64,000 bases of DNA from Takakia lepidozioides. Its lineage: Eukaryota; Plantae; Bryophyta. The stretch covers positions 27,900,001-27,964,000 of the forward strand of contig CM060734.1 in assembly GCA_030704615.1 (NCBI GenBank), read 5' to 3'. The translations under genes were made by a program, and so were the position numbers. The notes beneath the pieces are model-generated. The model was not told the DNA's origin and did not search any database. It worked only from the letters and a program-made list of their open reading frames with translations. Within the stretch, counting starts at the first letter, position 1. The number at the start of each line of letters is the position of its first letter. Shown here piece after piece: positions 37,641 to 50,058 of the stretch.

Positions 37641-38635
37641 CTGCTAGCTTTGCTCCTTCTTCTCCCATCTCATGCCTTCGGGAGGCCCCCTCTCCCCTTC
37701 AATTTCAGGAGTGGCCATCATCTACCTGGTGGCCCCATGTACCTGGTGGCCTCAAGATCTCATTCCCATATGGTGCTTCGTTTACACGCTAACTCCAACC
37801 ACCTGGACCCCCTTCCAGCTCATATCATTCGTTCTAAGACAGCTCCCACCACCCCTGTTGCACAAACAATTTGTGATCCAGCAGGACTGCCAACTCCATA
37901 CAGCACCCGATTACAGGATACCCAATTGCACAATTAACCCACACATCCAAGAACATAACCCAACATCCATACCAACACTCCCACTAGACACTTATTATAT
38001 CAGGCTATGCACCCTTACCCATGCATCCACACTACCCCCCAGCCATCATCTAACACCCAAGGCACCATACAGACCAACCCATGACATTATCATAATCTCT
38101 ACATGCTACCTCGTTATTCGAGAGCTGCCATACAACACTAAATCCACTCAAAGTCACCCCCACATTGCAATAAGCTTCATAAACGGCAATTGCAGAGTTT
38201 CTCCCCCTTAACTGCCATCCATCCCCCTTCGCCTCACACACTCGTGGAGCCAGGCTTTTCCTCATGTCTGTTGAGTAAGTGGTCTCCCAAATCCAAGACA
38301 TCTGCCAACACCTTCACTCCACCCTGCCACCCGATCAATGCCCAACAGCCTCCCTCCCATGCAGAATTAGCAAAGCAGCCGCCTTCGCCCCACAGAATTA
38401 CTACCCAACATAAACCACTGGAATGCCCATGCTGGCAACGCAGTAAAGGCCACCCCCACACCACCAATACAAGCTCCCTGCCGCAGCGAGTTGCCACCCA
38501 ACAAGGCCGGGCCTCCACCCTGCCCCAAGATATATACCTCCACAACAGATTACCATTCACCCTCTTCACCGTCGCACCTCCACTTTATCACTCCACCCAC
38601 TACCAAGATCTCCTAACACTACAGCTTACAGATAC

Positions 38636-40793
38636 GATGAGCCATCAAGAGGATAGCTCTTCCAAAGCAATCCAAATCGGGGAAGATGCTGATGTTAGCG
38701 ACATGCACGTCTCGGGCGAGCAATTCTTTGCGGACGACCGAGTGTTCCAACCCAAATGCTCACAAGACTTGGCAGACACCTCCAACGACCACATCAGCTC
38801 ACCATAGGAACGGAGGTCCTACAAAATCAATTCTCCTACTCAGCGACGAGCCCCCCCCCCCATGCTGCAGGCAACACGGCAAGTGGGGCTATAAGCTCCA
38901 GCCCAGGACTCAAACGTCTATCAAGTGCGGTCAACAGTGACGAAGGCAGCACTCACTCCGACCCAAAGAAGTCTAGGGGCCATCTCACACAACACCAACA
39001 GCCTACCATCGAAGCTGTCAGTTCTCAACCCACGCTGCAACTATGGATGGGCTACCCGATACTCCAGCAACATGCGCTTGACACTAATCTCCCAATAATC
39101 AGCGAGAAGCGCACCACCGCGGAGCTCCAACAGCTAGGCCTCCCAGCATCAGAAATCCACGAACTCAGGTACTGCCTGAAAGCATATCCTCACGCTCCCC
39201 AGTTATTTTTTCCTTCTACAAGACCGGATGGGAAGGAGGGGCAGCTCTACCCGCTCACACAACTCCCGAAGGGCACCCAAAATTGACCCAAAATCGGGTC
39301 TTTCTGCAACGCCCCATCACATCGTCATACGATTTGACAAAGATACAGACTTGCCCAAGGAGCAGGCGCTCTACCGTGCAAAGAAGAGGTTCGCTAAATG
39401 AACATTCCCCTAGGAACTGTGTTGTACTCACCAATTACAGCATATTCCAGGCATGCAAGCAACACGTGGTCTGGGATTCTAAGAGTTGAGTTACTACACC
39501 CGGCTACAGACGGAATCGCGCTACTCAAAGGCGACAGAGCCTTCGTCATGGAGATGGCCTCCGGAATTCCAGTGCAGGGCAAAATCGAAAGGCCTGTGAC
39601 TTGCTCGCACCCTCGGACTACCTCTCCCTTTATATGAACAGTGAGGCCCTACTGGCACCATCAGCTACAAGCTCACAATGCACTTCATGCTGGAAACATA
39701 CTACCACGGAGACGAGTTTGAACTCATAAACGTGTACAAGCCAGGGCCTGAGAAGAAATTCTGCTTTATCTACTTGGCTTCAGACGACACAAAGAAACGA
39801 ATGCTGGAGAAGGGCGTCCGCTTTAACCACACCCTCATCAACACGCAATTGCGCATCAAACGGGGTGGCACAACAGGGCTAGCAGCCACCCCCCAAGAAA
39901 TGGTGGCCGAAAGGGATGCGCTCACACTAGTTGTCAAGGGTCTCAATCCCCTGTTCTCCCAGGCTGACACAGAAGCTGCTCTCCAAGACGCCTTCGACAA
40001 AGGCAACATAATCCAAGTCTACTTTGCAAGATAGCTCCAATGGAAAAAACCAAGCACTCAGGCATGGCGCTCATCACCTGTAAGAACCCCAGCATATACA
40101 CCCAGTGGTGCAATCAGCCCCACATCAAGATGCAGCCCGCAGTTATGTTAAAATCGAGCCACACACGAATAGTCTGAACGGATCGGCACCCCCGGCCAAC
40201 GAGACCCTGGAGCGACTCCGTGTCGCCAACATCAATCAAGCCCTAGCAGATACAGTAAACTCTATAAACATCAAATCAGACTCGGCCCCCGCAAGGGCCA
40301 TGAAACCATGATGCTGGAAATTGACAGGAAACTCGCGGAGCACGCCATCACCATCAAAACTGACATTCGGGGAGAGCTTGCAGCTATGGAATCCAGAGTC
40401 GCTATCACCATGGCTGCACAACAGGAGGAGAACCACTCATATCTTGTGTCACTGCAAGACTCCATCACCAAGAACTTGGGGGCCAACTTGGCCAATTTCT
40501 ACACTCATGCCAACATGGTTCTTGACAAGCTACCGCTCCCGCCAAGTAAAATCACCAGCTCTACAGGTCACGGTGAATCCAGCAATATGCCTGCAAGCCA
40601 GAACGGGGGCTACAGGCCAATGGCCCTTCTTGAGCTGCAACACGACGGACCACACAAGTTGGTCACGGCTGGCCTACTGGGTGCTCAGCCTGCCCCAGCG
40701 CTCCGGCAGCAGGGGCTGCCAGAGCCCCAGCGCGCACCCGCCACCACAAACAGGGATAACAACACCATGATCACCACAAACGCCAATGTGTAA
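38636..40793 (+). pseudogene. Probable LINE ORF1-like protein (RRM-like segments plus coiled coil), fragmented
   Basis: Consecutive + strand ORF pieces with KKFCFIYL, TLVVKGLNPLFSQADTEAALQDAF and a helical C-terminus; upstream of and co-oriented with LINE RT; C/A-rich strand like the other LINE pieces. Confidence 0.5.
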
Positions 40794-41629
40794 ACAACAA
40801 GCGCATACCCATGGCAACAGCAGGGCCAGATGGACTCCTGCGCACCTCCAACGCGGTCTCTAAATCATTCTCATGACTATCCTCTTGGGGATCTCTCTTC
40901 TTCATGTTGGCTACGGCCTTCTTGTACTCCCACTCTTATCAATGCGATATTCACAAGTGGTTGACATCGCTCTGTGCCCTCTCTACCCAATATACCCTCT
41001 CCTTCCTCTACACACTAAATGTCCGCGCTCAGTTCTCTCTGCTGACCCCTTCGCTTCCCTCCCGACTAAAATTCTCTCTCCACATCTCCACTACCACCGC
41101 GCCTGCTCTCTTCGCCTACCTCTCTCCAACGTTCAGGGCCTCCAGCTCCCCCCCCCCCCCAGATCCAATACGCCCTTCCCACTCACTATCATCATTCCGT
41201 CATGCCCCGCACTCTACCTCGCGGCTCCCATCATCTCCATGACATGAGCCCGCCTGCTCGACCTACCAGCCCCCGCCGCTTGGCCGCTTTTATTCTTATC
41301 CCGTGACACCTGTCCCGCCACCCTGTATAAACATGGCCCTCAACGAAAACTCAAATCTCACTCAAATCCTCTCGATTGTCATCCGAGAGGGCTGAATTTT
41401 AAGCACAAGATTATCTTCGATTTTTTATTGTATTATTAATATAGGGTGTTTAATATTTGTTCAGAACAATAAAATAAAAATAAAAATAGCCTATCAAAAA
41501 TTCACCATATTACAAAATTATGTAATTATAGGATACTAAAAAATACCCAAAATAAAAATAATACCCCCCTACAAAACACCCATTTATCTCACGTGCTCTA
41601 TACAAATGATAGAGAGTGACTTCCACGGA

Positions 41630-42751
41630 ACTTATAGAAAACATCTACACAAATTTGGTGCATACTATGGCTCCACCCCCCCTATCCCCGTCCTACGATG
41701 AACTATCCAAAAGAGACACCTTCAGTCCCTACCTATTCATTATCTTCCTAGAACACCTACTCATATGGTTAGCCCGTGGTAAACTTGGATATCAATACAA
41801 AACCTCTTCAAGTGGCATTTCAGCTGCAGCATATGCAGACGATCTTGCCATCCTGGCACACAAACCACAACACCTAAATCGACAAGTTAACAAACTATTT
41901 AGATTCAATCTATGGTCAGACATGGAACTCAGCTTACACAAATGCGTCATCGCAGCCGCAACACATCACAGTCGGCTCACTAAAGCTATCATAGCCTCAC
42001 ACTGCAAACTCTATGTACACTACCAAAACACATCTTTCCCCTTCCTGGTACCAAATGAGTCATACACCTACCTAGGTATCCAATTAGTACCCTCCCTCAC
42101 TTGGCACATCCAAAAAGAATTACATCATCCAAACTCGCTACCAAAAATCCGGCCCTGCTCAAATCCCCAATTGCCATTCGTCCGAAATTATCAATCATTC
42201 AATCCGTACTACAAACACAAATTCAATACTCATTCCACGCCGCACCCTTCTCCCTACCAGACATCAAAAAACTTGATAAAAGCATTATTCATCTTACAAA
42301 GCGCGTATGTGGCCTACCAACTATTACCCCTAATGCCCTCACGCAACTCCCAACTGACAGTTACGGAATTGGTTCTAGCCCATTAATCATCTCATATGCT
42401 CGTACATTAGGCACACAATGAAAAGAAGCACTCAATGATCATGGGCGTCTCGGTATCATTTATCATGGACTCCTCAAATACCTTGCATTAAAATACAATG
42501 GTCTTTACTCACTATCATCTTTGCACCCACAGCCTGCCTACACTCCCCCACTGCACGCACACTACTCATCCTACGCCAAATGAAAATTAGCATACAAACC
42601 GACTTGCCAGATTACCCTAACACCTCGTCACCCTTAGAACGCGCATGGCTCACAAGCCCTTTTTGTCACAATTTGACATCTCTCATCCAAAACAGAAGAT
42701 CCTCATCCTCACTTATTTCAAAGAACGTCACATCACCCTCACCCAATTTAC
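41630..42751 (+). mobile_element. LINE reverse transcriptase, left part, interrupted by the Mutator-like insertion
   Basis: DTFSPYLFIIFLE, AAAYADDLAIL, ESYTYLGIQL; the frame continues at 54292 once the insertion is removed. Confidence 0.93.
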
Positions 42752-43170
42752 GAGCGTAGCTACGGCGTGAGCCCAGCCCCGTGAGCCTGGGAGCTGAGCT
42801 CACGTTCAAGCTACAAAACGTGAGCTGAACTCACGCTTCAGGGAAGCGTGAGCGGCACGAATCTGCTGGAGAAGAAGGTCCTATAGGCGAGGATTGCAGG
42901 AAGAGGGCCTATTACCGTGGACAAAACAAAGGGGGCCAACACACACCATGTCTGCAATGCCCGCTCAAAAACAGAAATATGAAAACATGGCAGATTTGAG
43001 CTCAGAATGATTGTCACAGTTTATTTCAATTCACAGATAGACGCTTACAATGAATTGCATGTGCATTTGCCCTGGTTCCGTAAACAAAATCCATATGTTT
43101 GTCAGAAATGCAAAGTCTTCACACGGCAACCTGCAAACCAGCATGGGAAGCGGGCATGGCTCGTATGTGT

Positions 43171-46100
43171 TCAAAGAGAAGTTGGCGGAGCTCCACGCGA
43201 GGTGTCCCGCTGTAGAAAGGTGTTCACTTCTCCATAGCCTAGTGTGGCTTGGTGGATGAATTGGTCTCTCTTACCGTCGCAACACATAATCACAAGATAT
43301 ATGTAATATTGATGCTTGCAGGGGACCCACTTCCCTCTCATGCCGAGAGCGCCCTCACGCATCGTTACAAAGTCCGGACAAGTGCACGAAGAGAAATTCC
43401 CGACGGTAACCTGATATTCTTTGTCATGAAGAACTGACCCAATTGACAGCACTGTGTAAATCCGTCCATACCCCGGAGAAGGGACTTCGGTGATACGAGA
43501 CACCCGAGCCTGCAAAATTCTAGCAGATTCCATCTTGCATTCGTGATCTGCACCCGAAGCGAAACGGCGCACTGTTTTTCCATCTCTTTTTGTTGGGTGG
43601 GAGTCGGCACCGGGTGGCGGCATTGCCGGAGCATGTGGCACATCTGTGCCGACAGTGCATGAGGGCACCACCCGGGACCGTGCAAGACAGAACCCTCCCT
43701 CCTCCAGCATGTTTATCTCGGTTGATGACAGCGACGTCCCAATTTGCACAGGCCAAATTGCGGGGGGAGGGGGTTTCATTATCACCGAAGGACGAACTGT
43801 TCCCTTCACGCATCGTGCCATATCGTCTGGGCAGAACCAAAATTTGTGGTCCTTTGACTCCCCACTATGATAAGGTCGGAACAACCCTGTGAATGTTGGA
43901 GCTGGAGTCCCCCTGGAGCCTTTGCATATCTTTGATTTGCATTTCTTGAATGAGGGGGTCCGAATTGCCATGCAAGCCACTCTAGATCCTGGTGGGGTGC
44001 GTTCTATATGCCACTCACTATCAATGCAATCGGATTCCTGCACCATGGCCACCACCTCCTCCAATGGGATTCCCGCTGCTGTGCTTGTATGTTCTGCACC
44101 TGCTCCACTGGAGGAGGACCCACCTGGAAAGGGGCGGGCACACGACTCAGTCTGCAGTGGAGACACCTTTGGCACAGAGAAATTGACCATGTCTGGCCGA
44201 TGGGAATCTCCATCTGACCCTGGAAGAGTGTTCAATTTGCTTTTGCATGATCCAAATCTTTCCTCGCCTTCCAAATAGGGGAGCTTGGATTGTAGAGGGG
44301 ACCCTTCAGTGCATCTGTTTAGAGCTCTGGCCATCTTTGACGGGACTCCGGACCTACTCGCAGCCCTTAGCATCAACAAAGTCGTATCAGGGCCCTTGCC
44401 TCCACCCCGTCCCATCAGAAAATTGCGGTACCTGGTTTGTTGTGTAAGTGCACACACCATGTCATCAGCAGTGGCCACATACAAGTCACGACCTGCTTTG
44501 GTAGACTGCTGCATCCAGGCGTTGTGAACAGTCTCCGCCAAATTACAGGATGGCATGTCGGCCAAGTCCTCCAAGGACATGTCCTGCAGGAGGCATTGCA
44601 TGGATATGTGAGGAACGAAAGCAAATGGTAGAGGTTCTTCAAGTGACAATCGAAGAACCCCAAATGAACAGGCACGATGCAAAATTTCTGTTTTTGGGAT
44701 TGAAGAGGCTTACTGTCGTCATGAAAGCTCCCCACTGTCTGTCCCTGAAGTGCCAGAAAACCAACCAGTCCTCCAACTCCTTTACGTGGGTACCTGTTGC
44801 AGCACTAGAGGAGAACCACCAAGCCCGGATTGCCTGGTAAGTGCTCTCAGCTTCTCCCATTGAGGTGGCATTCTTGTACTTGAGACAGAGCCTTCTGTGC
44901 TCCAACTGCAAGTCAAGGCGAATGCAGCGCTTTGTATGACGTGCCAGAGATTGAGTCCAATGGAAGAGGCATGTGCGCTCCCTATTTTCCATTGGGACCT
45001 TAGGATCCCCCGAACCAAACACGCGTCGCACTGCATTGAAATTTGCCTGTGTACTATCAGCCATGAAGCCCGCAAAATTTGTGTTTTGTATTCCATTGCG
45101 CTGCATGACGGCCAAGAGCGAATTCCACATGAGCATCTGGGATTCAGTGTCCTCCGACTGCATATCACAAATTGCTATGGAGAGCACACGCTGGTACGCC
45201 GGATCATACACATGGCACGCCATGGTTGTCCAACCCTTCACCCGTTTGCAGTGATCAAACATTAACCAACATTTAGCCAAATCTCCTCCTGGTTGCATAC
45301 GGCGGACAATGCTCACACCACTGCCTTCGCCCACAGCGGACATCTTGAACAAATACACCTTGGACGAGCCCTGGCCAGGGAAGATACTGTTTTGAATGAA
45401 TTCATAGCGACTCCTCCGTTTCAGGTCCATAATGTTGTCCATGAATCCAGCAGTGCCTGTGCCCATTCTGAGTGCATTCACCTGGTTTCGAATATTGGGA
45501 GAGCCCAACACGGAGAAATGGTCCATGACTGCATTAAGCGAATCTGCATCCAGCATAAGTTGTGTCGCATCCCCTTCACCCAGTATGTGTTTCTCCAGGA
45601 ATGCCTTGCTAGCTGCAAGCGCTATAGCAGAAGGTGTTGCACAAGGGGCATTGTGGAACTCCTGCTTCAGCAGATTTCTAGCGATGTCCACGCTATCCCT
45701 GCAACTTCCTTTGGACACAGGATGCTCGTGTGCACCCATATGAATGCAGGCACGAGTCATTGTCTTGCATCGGTGTGCCACCTGATACATACGAGCGTGG
45801 CACACAGAAACACAGGACGGGAGAACCTGCACTTAAAAGTATTGGTCCTGGGAGGGGCAAGCCCTGGGGTGAAAGGATTCAGGGGCACACCTTCCCACTC
45901 ACTTTCGTTTGGTTGAGCGCTGTTTCTCAGCCGAGGGCAAGAAATATTCTGGCACTTACAATGCCCAACGCAGACCGACCTCCGAAATTTCAAGCCAATG
46001 TCGTTATGGATGTTCGACGTTTTTGTCCTGCACCAAGGATGTCCGTCATGTTTCTTGTCCATGCCCTGCAAAAACCCAGCCAGTCCAGTGGAAGAGGTGG

Positions 46101-46737
46101 GAGGGTTGAGCTCAAACAGGATGTCCCCATCAAACTGTGCTGGCACGTATTGAACCCGTTGCACAGGAAGGGACTCCCAATCAACAAAACGCAGCTCGCT
46201 CTTGCACCCAGGCACACCTGCGAGGGCTTTCAATTTTGGAATGACACTCGTTATCTCTTGCAATTCGTCATCATCCAATGACGGAGTCTGCACTGGCGGA
46301 GGAATCTCAGAAACATCCTCCGAGGACGAGTCTGAAAGAGTCACGAAGGTAGTGGATGTGCTCACCTCTTGTTTCACAGGAACTGTGCCCTTCTGTTGCA
46401 CGACCGATGCTGCAGTGCCAGGGGTAACGACTGATCCTGCTGATTGTCTTCTCTCTTTTCCAAGGACACGGTATGTGCCTGGAAGGACTCTCCACTTCCT
46501 TCCACACTTGCCAACCAATGGTTTCTCCAAGTGCCCAGAATCAAAATTCCCATCCTCGTCATACACCTCTTTTTGAACAAGGAGAGAACCCAACTCCAGC
46601 GGGAACACTGTAACCAGCTCATCCTCATGAACAACTGCAAACCCATCGTCGTCTGCAGTGGCAGTCAGTGGAAGAGTACCTGCATTGGAATGGAATCGAG
46701 CAAGTGTATCTTGCTCCCTCGACATGTTTTCCCTCAC
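43171..46737 (-). pseudogene. MULE-type DDE transposase with N-terminal GCM-like Cys/His domain and C-terminal SWIM zinc finger
   Basis: DGHPW..TSN..CVGHCKCQNISC..IHMGAHEHP; WLMFDHCKR, GFMADS, TCLFHW (CxxH), NLAETVH (catalytic E); SWIM CTCPDF..CKH; intron 44713-44584; one frameshift near 45800. Confidence 0.88.
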
Positions 46738-48077
46738 TGAACGAAAGTTGCGGAATCCTCGAACTGATAGCCCGCAATCACCGAAAGGGGAATTAAGACA
46801 AGCAAACTAAGGTCAACAAGGGTAGCTCCAACCCAAAGGTTGCGGGTGATGCATGCAAAGGATGTAGGGATGAGATGCACCTTCACTTCGGAAACAGCAA
46901 CGCTAAGAGGCACTAACCAGAAAAAACTGTTTTCAAATACTACAAGAAGCCGTGCTGTTTATGGATGAAATCAAACACTGAAAACGACATGAAACCATCC
47001 ATTATGAAAAGACGGCAACAACCCTGGAGAGCAGTAAACAGGAAGACCACAAATGTCATGAGGTTGTGTTGTGCCAGAAGAGCACAGCACAAACACTGAC
47101 ACTGCAGAAGATACCTCGCACGAATGCATGCCACACATGGTCGTATCCGACAGAACCCTTTATGCCGAATGACCCCATGGCGACGGTTACGGTAAAATGC
47201 AAACCACAGGGTAGACAGTACAACACACGTGGAAGCATATGTGAAGCATAACAATTATTGCGGATCTGCAAGAACTGCTCGAAAATGAACTAGCATTAGA
47301 TTTCTACGGCACATCCGAATTTGAAAGAAAGCAAGAAGGCCGCGGTGTATTGGCAGGCGGCGCAGTACATCTGACATATATCGCTAGTGCATGCAACGGA
47401 TGTACTTTTTTTCTAGCGCTTTATTACTTGGATAATACGGAGACGACGGAATGGATGAATTCCGTTCGCACACAATAACAACACCCGCATCCAAATATGG
47501 TTGACAACGTCCAATTTCGATTTTGGTTACATGCCATAGCAGCACTTGTTACAAACGTCAAACTGGAGAGCTCTAGAGGCATCGTGGGGAGCCCTTGTTT
47601 CCAGCGGAGGAGGAAGAGAAGGAAGTCACTATACTTCACGAGCTCTAGAAACAGGAATAGAGCCAGAGATAGAATGAGGATGGAAAGAGTGGACGAAGAG
47701 GAAAAGGAGGTAGAAGAGGGAGTAGAGGAAAGTGTGGCGATGGAGGAGAAGGAATCAGCAGAAGAACAGCAGCCCGCCATAGTTCCAGTAACAGATGAAG
47801 AGGACACTGCATCTGAGGGAGAGACAGACGAGATGGAAGAGGATGTTGAAGGTGGCCTCACGAGGAGTCTGCCTGCGGGAAAGAGGAAGGGGGAGAGGCT
47901 CACGTACACGCTCGGCGCAGAGAGCAGCCCGAAGCGCAAAGGGTCCCCGGCAATTGGGGAGTCTTCTGGAGCAGCCAAGAAAAAGGTGAAATCTTTAAGA
48001 CCCACATTTGTGTTTCGTTGCTGATATGAATATAGCCCACACAGGACATCTGCACCAGGCTGAAAGCACTGCAAACT

Positions 48078-49625
48078 GGAAGCTCAAACAGTGTGCGGCA
48101 ACGCACACTGTTTGGGCCTACCAATTTGCTTGATTGTTCAGGTACGAAACGCCCAAACTTGGGCACTACAGCAAGTTCAATACAACCCAAATTGCAAGCT
48201 CAATCAGTGTGAGTTGAGCTGAACATTTCACTGCTGTTTCCGTCTGGATATCGGTTTTCCAGGATATGTATGTCAGGACGAGAGAACCCTTCAGTGGCAG
48301 CTCAAACAGTGTGCGTTGGCGCACACTGTTTGAGCTCTACATGTCACGGTTGTTGAATTCGCCCTTTAGGGCACGTTTCTGAGGATGAAAGAATCCCTCA
48401 CTGACAGCTCAAACAGTGTGCGTCAACGCACACTGATTGAGCTGTACATGTCACTGTTTTTGTGTGTTAAATGTGGACTTCCAGTGCAGGTTTTTGAAGA
48501 TGAAATAACCATTCAGTGGCAGCTCAAACAGTGTGTGTTGGCGCACATTGTTTGAGCTGAACATGTAAGTGTTTTTTCCGATTGTAATTCAACCTTTAGG
48601 GCACGTTTCTGAGGATGAAAGAATCCCTCACTGGCAGCTCAAACAGTGTGCCTCAACGCACACTGTTTGAGCTGTACATGTCACTGTTTTTTTGGTGTTA
48701 AATTCGGACTTCCAGGGCAGGTTTATGATGATGAAATAACCATTCAGTGGCAGCTCAAACAGTGTGCGTTGGCGCACATTGTTTGAGCTGAACATGTAAG
48801 TGTTTTTTCCGAGTTAAATACGGACTTCCAGGGCAGGTTTTTCAAGATGAAATAACCATTCAGTGGCAGCTCAAACAGTGTGCGTTGGCGCACACTGTTT
48901 GAGCTGAACATGTAAGTGTTTTTTCCGATTGAAATTCGACCTTTAGGGCACGTTTCTGGGGATGAAAGAATCCCTCACGGCAGCTCAAACAGTGTGCGTC
49001 AACGCACACTGTTTGAGCTGTACATTCACTGTGTTTTTGGTGTTAAATTCGGACTTCCAGGGCAGGTTTATGATGATCAATAACCATTCAGTGGCTGCTC
49101 AACAGTGTGCTTTGGCGCACACTGTTTGAGCTAAACATGTAAGTGTTTTTTCCGATTGAATTCGACTTTAGGGCACGTTTCTGGGGATGAAAGAATCCCT
49201 CACTGGCAGCTCAAACAGTGTGCGTCAACGCACACTGTTTGAGCTGTACATGTCACTGTTTTTTTGGTGTTAAATTCGGACTTCCAGGGCAGGTTTTTTG
49301 AAGATGAAATAACCATTCAGTGGCAGCTCAAACAACACTGTTTGAGCTGGACATGTCACACTGTTCGAACTCACCTTTTCACTTTTTTCATCCCGAAATC
49401 GGCCGCATATCTTGGAGTTTACAATGAACACTTACCTGGCACAAGTAGATGTTCAATGATCATTTACCTGGCAAGTGAAACAGTGTACGTCAACGCACAC
49501 TGTTTGAGCCCACTTTTACATTGTCTTTTTCTGTGGAATTCGGCAACATAGGACATGTCTGTGAGGGTCAATGTACACTTACTGGCAGCTTAAAATAGTG
49601 TGCGTCAACGCACACTCTTTGTGCC
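48078..49625. repeat. Intronic tandem array, about 115-bp period, each unit containing a 40-bp palindrome
   Basis: CAGCTCAAACAGTGTGCG-(TCAA/TTGG)-CGCACACTGTTTGAGCTG at about 48298, 48405, 48520, 48635, 48751, 48867, 48981, 49095 and 49207, plus degenerate flanking copies; two spacer types mostly alternate. Confidence 0.96.
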
Positions 49626-50058
49626 CACTTTTTCATGCCTCAGCCGACGTTTCATGCCTCTCTAATATCAAGTTGAATGAACAACCCTGCAGGAGAAGAT
49701 GCAAAGTGTGGCAGATGAGGTCCCTTCGGGTCAGGAGAAGGAGATAATTGTTGATGTGGACGATGAGTTCTATGAAAGCAAAGCCGCTGAGATGCTGGGG
49801 GTCAGAAGGTAAACTCTCAGCTTGTGGTGCAAAGTATGCTTTGCCCCGGGGTGGGAGGTTGAAGATTCCCCTGTGTAGGTTGGTTTTCCATGCCCTCGTT
49901 CGTCCACCCTCGTCAAGGACATTCTCAAGCTGGTAGGCCGAGTTTGTTCATGGGTATTTGGATGGATCCGCAGTCTTTTACGTTTCTACTAGGGATTCCA
50001 AAGGTAATGAGCTCCTCGTGGATGAGTCAATTGTGGACTCCTGGGACCCCATTTAGCG

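Noticed and set aside
48078-49625. CRISPR array
   Set aside because: Spacers are repeated (two alternating types) and about 75 bp long; no cas genes; eukaryotic intron context
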